Shown piece by piece: positions 51,041 to 64,000 of a DNA stretch of 64,000 nucleotides. This stretch comes from Camelus dromedarius. Lineage: Eukaryota. Location: contig NC_087436.1 in the NCBI RefSeq assembly GCF_036321535.1, positions 102,302,001 to 102,366,000 on the forward strand, given 5' to 3'. The position numbers and the translations under genes are program-made. The notes below the pieces were generated by a model that saw only the letters and a program-made list of their open reading frames with translations, did no database searches and was not told where the DNA came from. Numbering within the stretch: position 1 is the stretch's first letter; every line of letters begins with the position of its first letter.

Positions 51041-54000
51041 TCCTATGACAAGTTTATTTTACTGGTAATTTTTATTATTTATGGGTTCAAAGTAATCAGG
51101 TTGAATGAAAGTTAAGAACAGATAAAACCATGACTGGCATATAGAAAAACCCTCTTAATAAAAGTCAATTTGTATTTTTAATTTAGAACTGTTAATATAG
51201 CCTAAGTAGGAAGAATCAGATTATTTTTATACAAAACTATATTCCTACCTGATAAAATATTCTTTCAGCTCCATAAATTTGTTTCAGAAATTCTTAATAT
51301 TTCTAATTGTCTTCATAGTCTTGTTTCGTTGTCTTAAAAGTAGCTTTTGGAGCCTGCATTCTCGCCATTTACTAAATTCTTCCTCTTTTTAAAATATGAT
51401 TACATTATCCACAAAAAATAATACCTCGAAGAAAGCAGAAAGACATTTAGACAAAAGGTTGATGAAATCCTTATAGATTGTGAAAAGTAATTTTTTTCTA
51501 AAAGATACTTTATCTTTAGAAAATAGACACATATGTCATTAAATGGATGGTTTGTGTAGCATACATATCACATCTAATAGGACTGTTTAGAAAACAATGG
51601 GACATATTTTAATGATAACAGTGATTTTTTTTTTTGAGAATGCATGCAAGCTTCAGAAGCTGTGGGAGAAGGAGCACATAGGACACAGGAGACCTAGGTC
51701 TCCGGAAGTCCTCTCCAGCTCCCAAATTCTCAAGTGCTGTCCATGGTTGGGTAGCTCATGTTGTGTCAAGCATTCTTTCCCAAGGGATGGTAATGCAATC
51801 AGCAAACTCATGTTCCGCAGGATCTGCCTGCAAGTGCAGAATCTGATGCCCCCTCCAGTGTGCTCCTGGATTATCAGTGAAGTTCACAGGGTGGTTCTCC
51901 CACATGTTCAAATACAAATCTTCCAACTACAACATAAATCATGCTATTTTCTTCTTCTCTTTCTCAGGCTCCCTCTGGAGAAATTGGAAGCTTAAGTTCA
52001 ACTCACTGTCAAACCCACCAGTGGGGTCCACGAGAGAACTTCAGATCTCCAGGCTGTGGGGAAAATTTTCTGTTAGTTCCATATTATGCTTCATCATGTG
52101 GGAACCATCTTATTTCTGACATCACATAGCTTGTTATTCAAACTGTCATTTAGCTTTTAGCCAATCTTTTACCTCCCCCTCCCGCAAATTTTTTTCTCTA
52201 CTTTTCATGATTCAAACATAGGTCATGACTGGCGACAAGAAACTTATGTAAATCTCCTATGCAAACACATGGATGATCTTTCAAGTTGGGGGTACTAATA
52301 ACTGAAAAATGCTTTTGCTAATTTTTATTGTATGCAAGAGCCAGGAGGAAGACGAATTGCTCTGTGTAATAGATAAATAAATACGAAGTGCTCAGGAAAA
52401 ATCCCAAGTGAAAATCAAATGAGAGAAGGAGAAGGAAAGAAGGACCGAGATACATGTGAGTGTGGAAAATAAAACTGGGTAAATTCTTTATCTGTTTTTT
52501 GTCAGGTTTATAATAGAAGCATCCTTCTCTGTTTCCCAGATAAAAACTAAAGAAAACAACCATTAATCAGGTATATTTTTGGCTAATAGATTTTTCTTAG
52601 GAGAACCTGAAAAGGTGCTGAGTTTTACATCTAGGCATAAACAAAGGACTGAAGCACTTAGATGCTGCAGAGAGAAAAGAGAATTGATACATTTTCCAAA
52701 AATGACAGACATGAGAATCTTCCATCTTCTCTAATGAATAGGGTTTTATTATCAGGTCACCTGTATATTCTTAATCACTTCATTTTGCATGCATTCAATA
52801 ACAGGAAACTCCTCAGTCCTTTCTTCAAGTAGATGTCTGGTCATCTGTCCATGCTTGTTTGAATATAGCCAATGCATATAGTTTGAACTCCTGAGAATAA
52901 GCTTTGCCCAAAGAAATTAATATGTAATATCAACAACTACAGTTGGGAATAGTTTGGTTAACAGTTAATGTTTTAGGTATTTTGTCCATGCAATAAATTC
53001 TAAAATACATAAAATGTATTTGTATGATTTACCTTAGTTTATATTACAGATTTTACCAAAAAGCAATAATGAAGTAATGAAAGAATTTAAGAAAACACGC
53101 AAAGAGAGTGTTAAGAAAACACATAAGAGAGTATATGTACCCCAACTTGAAACAGTTAATACTGTTAGTTTTGTTTTGTTTTTGCTAAATGATACAATTT
53201 TTAAAATTGTTGATAGCTTGTTCTCCTGTTTTTCAGAATAGACAGTCATACTGTGGCCTTATGAACACAGAGGTGCACAGTATTATACATTTGCAACACA
53301 GTGGGGACCAAAAAACATTAGAGAAGTGAGACTTTTCCCACAAGGATAGTGGCTGTTCTCAAGGCACCTACCTGTTACTCCAGCTAAGGGGAGTGCCTGG
53401 GGGGCTAACAGCTCTAGTTGTAAAAGAATTTGGGCTCTGAGAGAGGTGATGAGACCAGGCTATGGACAAGGAGACTCTACATAACCTCCAGTGGAGAAAT
53501 TGAGAGAAGGCAAGCATCTCCTTAGGTATCCCATGTTTGAACACCTTCCATAGACAGAAGATAAATATCTGAACAGCTTCATATAAACATTGTCCACCAG
53601 CAGAGGGAGGATCACAAGGCTTACCTGTAAAGTGGAAACACATTTATCTCTTTTCTTTCCTCCCCTCCACAATAACAGTAAAGACTCAGAACCTTAAAGA
53701 AAGAGAATTCTTTTCTTCACAAAACAACATACTAAAGGTGCTGGACCTCAAAGAGGAGACAGATGGTGTCTTAGGCAAATCAAAGATAGACTGCACTGCT
53801 CTTCTCCCTGCATGCAGTCAGCTGCTGCTCTGAAGGATTTCAGTGATTAGCTGAAATTTAAGTCAGTTCATCCCTTGAGTTTCAATAGATAACATGTTAA
53901 TTTTCCTGTCCTTTTCCTTCCCATCCCAGTGTTAGCTTTCTTTATTCCAAAATTGAAAGATACTATTTTTCTTCTCTTTTCAATTGTGTTCGGTATCTTT

Positions 54001-54611
54001 TGCTTCTCGTTGGCTCTCCCATTTCTGCCAGGGGCTCCTGCCATGCGCATCACCTAGTATCCTGGACACATCCCCTCACTGGGACACTGCTTCATCTTCA
54101 GAAGCAGAAAAGCTAATGTAGTATAGACAGATCACCCTTCTACTCTGTTTTCTTATTTCTTTATTCATGGCAAGTCCATCACTCAAGAAGCTTTGCATGC
54201 ATTTCTTATTGATTTTTTTTGAAGGATTAGAGCCATTAAATGAAGTTTTTATAAAGAAATTGAAACATTAAAACTGTAGGCAGTATGACTTTTTTCTTTT
54301 AAAGGCAAACACCTCAGGAGATTAGAACAGAGTTTAAGTACTGGAATAACATGATCAGGTTTCATTTAGGAAATAGAAACGGTAACAGAGAAGTGATTGT
54401 ATTAGTGAATATAAGATTGGAATTAATGAAAAATAACTTTATTCATAAAGAAGATGCATATTTACAAGCCATCAATATGTCAATCAGTACATTCAAAGAA
54501 TTTATTACTACTAAGTATTTTTAAAATATTTAATGAAGACCAGAAAATTGATTCTCTGAAACATGCACAAAATTTCACAATTTTAAAGTTGTATCCATCT
54601 CATTCTCCATT

Positions 54612-55160
54612 GGAATCAGTGAGGATAACTTTGGCTGCAAGTATGAGAAAACACCAAACTAAAATAATTCAAATAAGAAGAAAAATTCATTATCATACTT
54701 AACATTAAGTTCCAAGGTTGGTGATATTGACACTCAAAAATATTGCAATGGTTATTAATACTTTTTTGTGTTTCCTCTCTGCCATCCTTGCCATGTCAGT
54801 TTGCACTTGGACTAGTCCTCTATATGAATGTAAGATAGGTGCATCAGATCCCAGAATAACATTCAGATCTGACAATGTCCAACTGAAGGACAATGGTAAT
54901 TTTTCTATCTCTATCTCTTTTACCAAGGAAGAAACCTTTCCTGGAACCATTTCCAGACAACTTTATCCCATATTTTATTGCTAGGATTGAATATACTCAG
55001 TTCTCAACCAATCTCTTGGAAGAAGATATAAAAGTTTTATTAGGGAGTTAGGATGATCCATATAAAGCTGTGCTAATTTTTTTTTAAATTGAAACACTAA
55101 CAGCCAAGAACAAGTAAGGAATAAATATTGAGTGAATTGGCACCCAGCAGTTACTGTTAA
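54612..55160 (-). mobile_element. MLT1K/L-like LTR
   Basis: 'tcagtgaggataactttggctgcaagtatgagaaaac...ctctgccatccttgccatg...aaggaagaaacctttcctggaa'. Confidence 0.7.
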
Positions 55161-55799
55161 GCCATATAAGGTCTGAATAGTTTGCACAGTAGTTTAGGAA
55201 ACCCCCAGAAGATATTGTAGTTAAAACCATGGATAGAATGCAGAACAAAACATGCATTTAAGGGCTAAGCATAGAAGGAGAAATGAGACAGAGCATTGAC
55301 AAAAAAAGAGAGTAATGAATGGAAATCAGATGGACCAAGGGCTCTCAACCTTAAGGTGAAGAGAGTTTCAGAAAGAGAGTGGTCAAGTGCTTTAAATGCT
55401 TAAGATGTAACAATAAATATGTGAAGAAGGAAGTTCTACTCAAATACTGACATATAAATACAAATGTTCCTTTCTTTTCATTGTTGGAAGTAAAAATTTT
55501 CACCTCTGAGCTACCAAAGAAATAGTCACTCTATTTCCAGGAAGTCAATTCTACCGACTCCTCTACACTTTGGTATTTGGTGTCATATACATTCCTGGTT
55601 ACGTCCAAATTTAAGATTTACTTACACTGTTAGTCAAAGCAAGAACACCCTCCTACCTATATTATGTGTATTTAAACTTCAATTATTCTTTAGTGACTAT
55701 TGTGACTCCCACTTCTCTGTATACCAAAGCCTAAAATGAATTGCCTTTCCCAGTAAAACTGACTTCAACCACTGCAAACTACGTTATCCTCTCCAGGGT

Positions 55800-56048
55800 A
55801 ACACAGAAGTTGAGAATTTAAATGAGACTGATCTGATTTTGATCTGATTTTGAATCTCTCCTTTGATGACTGTTTGTATGATCTTAGTCAGTTCAGTACA
55901 TAGTCCTGGTGTCAGTTTCTTCATCAGTAAATTAGGGATTTGAAATTTCTCTCTTATAGAAGGATGCTTTACAGATTTAATTTAGGCACTATACATAAAG
56001 TACTTGGTACAATGCTTGATACACAGTAAACTTTCAATTATTATTATT
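55800..56048 (+). mobile_element. MIR SINE
   Basis: 'tcagtttcttcatcagtaaattaggga...tacataaagtacttggtacaatgcttgatacacagtaaactttcaat'. Confidence 0.75.
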
Positions 56049-56199
56049 AATAAACAAACTCCTGTGCATTTAAGGACAATTTACCACTTTCCAGTTTTCT
56101 ACTGTTTATTTCCCATATATTTCAAGCCCTCACTATTAGTTTCACAAATGAAAGTTCATCTCTCTAGTTAAGATATATGGATTAGCACAAACTAATGGA

Positions 56200-56383
56200 A
56201 GTGGTTTACATGCTTCACTGTGCAGAATAATGACAGAGAGATTGGTTAAAATGGAGATTTTCTGGCTGCCCATAGAGACTTTGATACAAAATGATGATGT
56301 TTGTGGCCAGAATATGCATGTTTAACACATGGTCCAGGTGATTCCAATCAGGTAATCCACGGATGACATGCAGGGAAGTACTA
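56200..56383. mobile_element. MER5-group hAT DNA transposon
   Basis: 'gtggtttacatgctt...ttggttaaaatggagattttctggc...tgcatgtttaacac...ccaggtgattcc'. Confidence 0.6.
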
Positions 56384-57734
56384 AGCTACAGTGGACATGC
56401 TTTGATAAAAACTTAGTAGGAGGAATAAAACAATGAATTCAGAATTCTTCAAGTATACTGTATTGTATGCCACATAGTCTTGAAGTTATTACTTGAAATA
56501 AAAGTCAAGTAGGTAATATCTCCTTTCTATATGAGAAATTGTTTTGTGTATACTAAAATGATGTACAAATTTGAATTACTGTATTTCTAACCTCTTTGAA
56601 GAAAGTCATAGTTTTTTGTGTCACAGTATAGTACTTAAAACATAGTAGATAATCAATAATAATGTGTTTATTAATTTACCATCACAAATAAACAGGACAA
56701 ACTTCTCTTAAAAATAGCTCAATTCAAGAGTGAACATATTCCAAACCAAAGAATGCATATTGTGTAAATATCACCATGTAAAATGATCTTTTAATGTAGT
56801 CTTCAGTAGTTTGGTTGGTTTCTTTATAAAATGCAGAGTAATAACCTTTCCAACACTTCTCTAAAATATTAATAATCATTTTTATAGGTTTTTTTTTAAC
56901 CAATCATAGAAGCGAAGACAATACAAAGTTAATACAGTGAGTAGGTCACACATTCCCTCCTGAGAAACATTATTCCCTGCATTACATTTGTTTAACTCTT
57001 CAAAGCTACATTTTTCCAATAATGTGCATGGATAGTTCAATTATCATCCAAGGTAGTTGAACATTAATGAATCACTCAGCGTAAGAAGAATAATGTTCCA
57101 TATCTTTCTGCATTTTCTAGGAATTCATCTAACAGTAGCTGGGTAAGTATAAAAGAATATTACCTGAGTAGTTATTTTTATTTTTGCTCTGGCTTGCACG
57201 TATGCATTAGTGTGTAAAGTACTACAAAATGCATTGGATTTTTAAGACAGTGTCTCCATCTGAGAAATACGAATTTTTATCCTAGTGTTTTATTTGAATG
57301 TGGACAATTAATAGTGATATATTTTATTTTTCTCTTTTCCACTGTGCTCTGTGTACAAGCCAGGTAAGAAGAAGACAGGTAAAATCTCTGGAAGTCATGA
57401 CAAATGCAGAAATGGAAGTTATGTTTCATTAACAGAACTTCTTGATTTACAGTACTCTAGTATCAAATAGGATCAGTTTAGAAAATAATTACTATTGCAG
57501 TGTGCCTTTACTTTTTGACAGATTGTGATCATGAGTTACCCATGCAATATACACATCAGTATCAAAGTATTATTTGCAGAAAAATGGTATGTGACATTTG
57601 GCTGGCTGAAGAACATATCCTAAAATTTACTTTGAGAGTTTTCCAGATTTTCATAGGGATCAGTTTCTTACTCAGAAATTTGGAAAATTTTTGCAGCAAG
57701 AATGTATTTTAACATCCCTTATGCTTGAGATACT

Positions 57735-58292
57735 TCACGAATGGCCTTCAAAGATTCCTGATTCCTGGTATTTACATTTTTGTATAATTCTTTCCCTTTC
57801 AGTATGAATTAAACTTAGTGATTCATTTTTTTAAACTGAAGTATGGTCGATTTGCTTTTAACAAAGAAAATACAACAGGTGACAGGTTGTCACCTCATCT
57901 TATTGACATTCTCTTGCTCTCTACCACCTGATTAATTTGATGAAGCCAGCTGTCATGTTACGAGGTGACTTACGGAGAAAATTTTGGGAAGCTTCCAACC
58001 AACATAGATACCAGCCAACAACTGAGTCCTGTAGTCCAAAAGCCCGGGAGAAACTGAATTATGCTGCAATTGCATGAGTGAGCTTCAAAGGGAATTTTCC
58101 CCAAAGGAGCCTTGAGATGACTGTAGCTTTGGGCAGTACTTTGACAGCAGCCTTGTGAGAGATCAGGGTCAGAAGTCCCAGCTAAATAATGCCAGATTAC
58201 TGGCTCATAGAACTGTGAGATCATAATTATTTGTTGCCTTAAGCCAATAAATTCTGGGATAATTTGTTAATCGGTAATAAATAACTAATACA
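57735..58292 (+). mobile_element. MLT1E/F-like LTR
   Basis: 'tttgatgaagccagctgtcatgtt...aactgagtcct...gaaactgaattatgctgcaattgcatgagtgagctt...gcagccttgtgaga...agaactgtgagatcataa...aataaataactaataca'. Confidence 0.88.
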
Positions 58293-60062
58293 CTCCCACA
58301 TCACTAGTACTGTCCTATACACAAGCAATATAAAATAAGATAAATATAATTTGTTTTATAATATTCCTTTCTACTAAATACCATTATTGTCATTTAAAGT
58401 GTAGATACATTGTGTTTTTTCAAATGTATAATATTTGCACAAAATACCTATGTTAGCACAATGATTCTACTTTCATCTAATTCATTTATTGTTGAAAAAT
58501 GCTGAGACAAATGCAAAATTTTAAATGTCTTCTCTGTTTATGTTTTCCAAAAATTTAAATTCAATCTATATGACAATAAATAACCAGTGTATATGTGTAC
58601 TAGATGTGGAGTTGAGAAGAAATCAATTATTTTATATAAGTTGTTTAAAGTCAGAGTTTTAAATAATTTCAAAGGCTTATAAATTATACACATTACTGTA
58701 AGAACACAGTAAACTTTTAACATATAACTTTTATCTTTTCCTAAAGTTAAGGAACTTTATGAATATAATCAGTATAAAACATGTAAAATACTATAAAATA
58801 ATAATGACATTTTAAATACATATTCATATGCACACAGAGGCAAAATTATTTATTTTTAAATTTCCAAGTATAACCTATTAGCATTCTCATCTGGAGAAGA
58901 TTCCACTGTGTAGAATATTGTTGATGACAAAACACAAATACACTACATCATTTAGATTAGATTTATATGTATTATTCTTGAACATCTCATTGGCTATTTT
59001 AAAAGAAGATCAATATCATTAAAGTATTTACTGAAGTAAAATCTATTTGAAAGCAAATTCCATACTACTATTTTATTCAGTCAGTTTATATTAAAAATAT
59101 AAAATAAATGAGCCAATTTTATAAAGTAACAGAAGAGTTCTTTCATTAAATATAATTTAGATATACAGAAAATGGCCTATAAGAATTCTCATAGAGATAT
59201 TTTGCAATAGTCTAATGTGAAATAAAAATGAATTAATTCAACCTCTACCTCAAATATTCGGAACTGTTTTATTTTATTTAGTGTTATTGAAATATGGCAT
59301 TGTCCAGACTTGTCATAAGAATAACAGTATTTTAAATGGAGAGGACTATTTTGAACTATGTAATTAGCTCATTAATGTATACCATCTTATAATAATCTTT
59401 GTTTTGAGAATTAATTTTTAAACAATGTCAGTCAACTTCTAAAACTGTTGCCACTTTGGTCTGAGGTTGGGAAGTTATTCTTTACTTGGGAGAGAGATTC
59501 TTTACTTCTTGTGTAAAAACCATCTCTGATTAGACTGTAAGAAAGACAGTTCAAATTTTTCTTTGGAAATACTTGCCACGGCATTATATGTTAATACACT
59601 TTACTATAAAAACGTAATTCTACATCCTTGCCTTACACTGAAGACTAAATAAGTCTTAATAATGTATGTTGTTATCTAAAATGTAGACAAGGTTGGGGCA
59701 GGTAGCTGGATGTTACATTCTGTGATTCTAAAATGATAGCATGTACATGTTAGATTAGTCTCAAAAAAATGAAAAAAAGATCAGATAAGTTTATAAAATA
59801 ATAGAACTAAATGTTTCATAAGGAAACATATGATTTACCAAAGCATTACAAGTGATTCCATGTAATTTTTTTGTAATTGTACAAAATCTACAATCATATT
59901 TGGGGATATAATTAATTTTAAAATATTATATTTATTTAATTATTTAATTTAGAATTGATGTAATATTGTAGAAATAAAACTATTTTGAAGATGTTTAACC
60001 CCTAAAATTAGACTTCGATCATATATTTTTCTGTGCTATTATTCCTACTTTAAACAAATAAC

Positions 60063-60120
60063 TTTTTTTTTATTAAATTATAGTCAATTTACAATGTCAT
60101 CTTAGTCTCTGGTGTACAGC
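60063..60120 (-). mobile_element. Very short (~55 bp) L1 3'-end insertion with TSD
   Basis: 'tttttattaaattatagtcaatttacaatgt...ttagtctctggtgtacagc' is the L1 3' terminus; direct repeat AAACAAATAACTTTTTT starts at 60052 and 60121. Confidence 0.88.
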
Positions 60121-62629
60121 AAACAAATAACTTTTTTCATTTCACAAAAATCACAAAATTTTATGCAGAGCTTCAGCTCTAACATTTATGTGACTATTTC
60201 TAATTTATCCTCTGCTCCTTCCTACTAGTTAGGACCAGATATTCATTTAACTAATGTATCATTTGACTTTTTCCATATCATGAGTTAAAGTTTAGCACCC
60301 AAAATCTAAATGTCTTCCCAATGGCCGCTTCATTTTAGTTTATAATTTATTAATGCCAATGGGCAGTAATCCATTTAAACATGTTAGGGTGTTTTATGAT
60401 CATAAAAATTAATTCAGCTAGACACAGTAGAATTTCTCCGAAATTCATCTCATGAAAAAATAAAATATGCTTACATCTCTGTGATTTAGAAACTATATTT
60501 TTCTATTCATAAGCTATAATGTCACTTCTCTACCTTTTTTATGATCATCCAAACTTGCCATTATTTTCTATACGCCAATCAGAAAAGATGACATAACACC
60601 TTTACCCCTATCTGTATCATTCCAAGTGTATCCCTTCAAAGCTTCCACAAACCTTTCTAGAAAAAACACAAACACACACATATGTACAATTAAAGGTGCA
60701 TATGTGAGGGTGTTTTATTGTAGTAAAGGCAGCATATACGACATAAATCCACAGGTGGATGTAGTCAAAGCATGTACTATATAAAGCTGGGAACCTCGGG
60801 AAGGAGTACTCATATACAGAATATACCAAAAAAGGCTTGTTTTTTTCGATCACACTCATACAATGGAATATTGTCTCAAATATTGTAAATTTTAAAGTGA
60901 CCAGCTGTTATAGGGACCGTTACAGCCATTGCACAAATCTGTAAAGATCTAGCTCTGCAGCAGCATTATAAAAAAATAATTGGCAAGTTAGAGCATCCCC
61001 CTAAAGGGGCACGTGTACTTGGAGAGCGCTGCCCATCTGACCATGGTTCTGGAAGTGCAGCCTCACAGCTGTGGTGGCCACATAATTGCACAGTACAAAT
61101 CACACCACGTTGAAAATCCTTCCCTGGTTTAAATCTAAATCATTTAGCACTTTACTTGCCTCCAAGCTTGGTACCAATTCAGCAATCTTATCTGTGGCAG
61201 TTGACTCCGCATTTTGTTTGTTCTGACTACACTGTTTGCTTCTCAGTTCCTTGAAAAAAATATTTGTTTCCTTATTGTGTCTGAACTGATACTTTCTGAA
61301 TATTCTGCCTTCACCAAACTCTAAATCTTTGCTTATCATAGGTATTCTCTGAACATGGTTCAGGCTTAAGCATAAATGTCACTCTTTTAGAGAAGCAGAG
61401 AGCTCAATACTGTCTCTTAGGCGTGCAATTGCCTAGCACATTTCAGCTGCCTTTCACAGTATTATCAGAAGATTTGTAGCAAGTGTTTCCTGAAGTTGTT
61501 TTGGGTTTTTTGTTTTTGTACCTTGTTTATTTCCAATTTCATCTTAGCCTCATCTTCCTATTAACAGATACTTTTCTGTATGCTATGTCTTCAATGTTAA
61601 AGCTTGAATAACTTTAAAAAAAATTAAATTTTTACTTTTACTTTTATATTGCTTTTTGATAGTCATAGTAGAAGATTCATGACTTTCAAATTACAAGTGC
61701 TGTACATTTTTGAACAACAAAAAAAGACCTGTGATTTCAATATTTTTAATAATAAGCATTCAATATCTGAGTAAAAATTTCTCTCTTAAACAAGAGAATC
61801 AATAGAATTAGAAAAAGTGATGAATGACATGAGAGCAGTTGTATACTCCTAGTGTATTTTGGAGTGGGTTAGAGATGGCAGAATTGAGGAGGCATATGTG
61901 TGGTTCATTGATAAAGGCACCATATACATTGGCCCCATCTAGGGCTAAGAACAGTAGAATGAAAGATCAAGAGAACTGTAGTGATTAAAAAAGAAAGAAA
62001 GAAAGAAAAATAACCTTAAGGTTTAGGAATCAAAGAACAGAAATACCATAATCTCCTTTTTATTTGCAAATCTGGGATAAGGCAACATCACAGAATTGTT
62101 TGCATGGATAATCAGAGTAAAAGAAAAATGGCATCAGGGCAAATCTAGAAAGTGAGGAAGTGAAAGGACCTGTTACTCTTCCTACTTTGATCTCTTGAAT
62201 ATTTGGTGTTCCAATCCAGTGCAAAGAAATAATCTCTGATCTCCCTTCCAGGAGAGGTGCAGTGGTTGCCTGAAATTTTAAGCATAGTTTCCAAAGTATC
62301 CCATGGATCAGAGTAGAAGGTAGGACAATAAACATGTCAGCACAGGAGTGGAGAAGAAGATTGTTCATTTTACAGGCTCTAGCATGAATAATTTCCCATG
62401 AACAGTGGTACAGATATCTTTCCAAATGAGGTTAAAAAAGAAAAAGATATGGAATTTCCTCTAAAGAAAGGAAGAAGGAAGAAGGAAAGGAGGAGAATCA
62501 TGAATTGACAGAACCAGCAGTGACTACCTACCTTCAACTGGCAGGACTGTATTTTCTGCTACCACAGAGCCTTGAAAACTGGAAAAAGGTCTAGGTATAA
62601 AGAAATAAATTTGCTTTTGAGTGTCATCT

Positions 62630-62970
62630 GAATAGTCAGTTTGGGCTGTTCTCAAGTGTACCATAGACTGGATTGCTTAAACAATAGACATTTATTTCTT
62701 ATAGTTTTGAAGGCTTAATAGTTCAAGATCAAATACTGGCAGATTTGGTTCCTGGCGAGAGACTTCCTCCTGGCTTGCAGATGGCATCATTCTCATTTTG
62801 TCCTCATGTAGGGGAGAGAGCAAGAGCTCTTGTCCTTCTTCCTCTTCTTATAAGGACACTAACACCACCATGATAGTCCCATCCTTATGACTTGATCTAA
62901 ATCTATCTTCCAAAGTCCCCACCCCAAATACCATCACATTGAGGGCTAAAGCTTTAACATATGAATTCAA
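62630..62970 (-). mobile_element. MLT1A-like MaLR LTR
   Basis: 'taccatagactggattgcttaaacaatagacatttatttct...cctggcttgcagatggc...tcttataaggacactaa...ccaaataccatcacattgaggg...aacatatgaatt'. Confidence 0.92.
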
Positions 62971-63019
62971 TCAATGATACCATGTCCCTGCATCTTGAAT
63001 ACATATATAACTGAATGTT

Positions 63020-63190
63020 TAGATTTTCAATTAGTTTATTAATATTTGTCTTCTCTGTTGGACCACAAATTCCTAATTCTTCGATAACTAGGACTATGCT
63101 TTTGGTTTACCACTATATCACTGGAGTCTTTTCTTGTAAAAGTAAATATGCAAATAATTCAATTTGCTGAAAGAAGGAAGGAAAGAAGAG
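63020..63190 (+). mobile_element. L2 3' end running into an A/G-rich low-complexity tract
   Basis: 'aggactatgcttttggtttaccactatatcactggagtct' followed by 'gaaagaaggaaggaaag'. Confidence 0.5.
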
Positions 63191-64000
63191 AGTAAGGAAA
63201 AAAAAAAAGGAAGGGAAGAAAGAAGGAGGGAGAGAAGGAGAAAAAAATATGGAATTAAGACAGCACTAGAAAGCTATGGTTGGTGATCTGGGATCCTGGA
63301 ATGCAAATGCTAACAATGACTTAGAACAATTGTTAAATTATTTCACTTCATCTTTGTAAGTGATGGAATATGAGAGAAGAAATTATTGAACATCATGTAA
63401 AGTTTTTACTTATGTATTTTAGGATAAACATTAAACCAGGGCAATTAACCAAGAATATTCTTGTTTAATTTAGGACCCTCATCCATCTTATAAGATCTTG
63501 AATATGGTCTCTCCTCACACATTTTAAGTGTCAACCATGTGCTTCATTTGGGGGATATTATGAAGGAAACATTATCTTTTTTCTAAAGTGAATCATAATC
63601 TCAAAAAATCATTACTTTACTGTAAATATTCCTATTGATTTCAAAAACACAATAAAATCTGTAATTAGATTTTTATCAGTAGATGGAAGATTGGATATTT
63701 CATACATTTGTGGAAGCAGACAGGGTAAACCTTATTTAAAATGGAGCTGGGAGGACCAGAAATGGGAGCTCTCATGCACTATCACTAGCCATTGTTTACA
63801 GACTCCACAGGAAGGACCTTCTTTACATACCTGAGGAAAGGGGAAGAAATATTTCCTCCTTGACTAGCAATAGCCTAGCAAATAAAAATCATCACAGCTC
63901 AGCCAGTAAGTCATTACCACCCTGAATTCTCACTCTTCTCCAAAGAACTTCAGTTCGAAATCATCTCCTTCCTCTATTAGTTCCTCTATTCCTTTATAAA

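Noticed and set aside
51597..51995. Longest ORF in the track (132 aa)
   Set aside because: No recognisable domain or splice context; the region ending 'tttctgaca' near 52120 looks more like an old LTR-type repeat, which I could not classify
62060..62425. 121-aa minus-strand ORF
   Set aside because: Non-ATG start, no recognisable homology, no supporting splice sites
1..64000. CRISPR array, prokaryotic operon, defence system or CpG-island promoter
   Set aside because: No repeat-spacer periodicity, no dense long ORFs and no CpG island; the content is typical mammalian non-coding DNA

Overview
AT-rich, CpG-poor placental-mammal genomic DNA, intergenic or deep intronic. It is probably camelid, based on a vic-1-type tRNA-derived SINE at ~18.4 kb and cetartiodactyl-type L1 3' ends. 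A large part of the window is decayed interspersed repeat: MIR, L2, old L1M, MaLR/MLT1, MLT2, LTR16-like, ERV1-type solo LTRs and hAT MER5/MER58. I could not recognise any host protein-coding gene, and almost all ORFs in the supplied track look like chance ORFs. The most informative element is a defective minus-strand provirus at ~15.46-17.71 kb. It has a class III (ERVL/HERV-S-like) pro-RT joined, across a large internal deletion, to a gamma-type env TM remnant (ISD, CX6CC), then a PPT and 3' LTR. A related solo LTR is nested in another LTR at ~46.3 kb. A separate ERVL RNase H/integrase relic lies at ~23.3-23.9 kb. Several insertions keep clean target-site duplications (TSDs). The only candidate for unannotated host function is a speculative minus-strand two-exon model (19940-19723 joined to 8891-8756, 117 aa) in two locally CpG-richer, apparently non-repetitive patches. 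There is no CRISPR array, rRNA, true tRNA or prokaryote-type system, and I found no convincing evidence of a previously undescribed biological system. Repeat subfamily names come from visual recognition and most boundaries are approximate.
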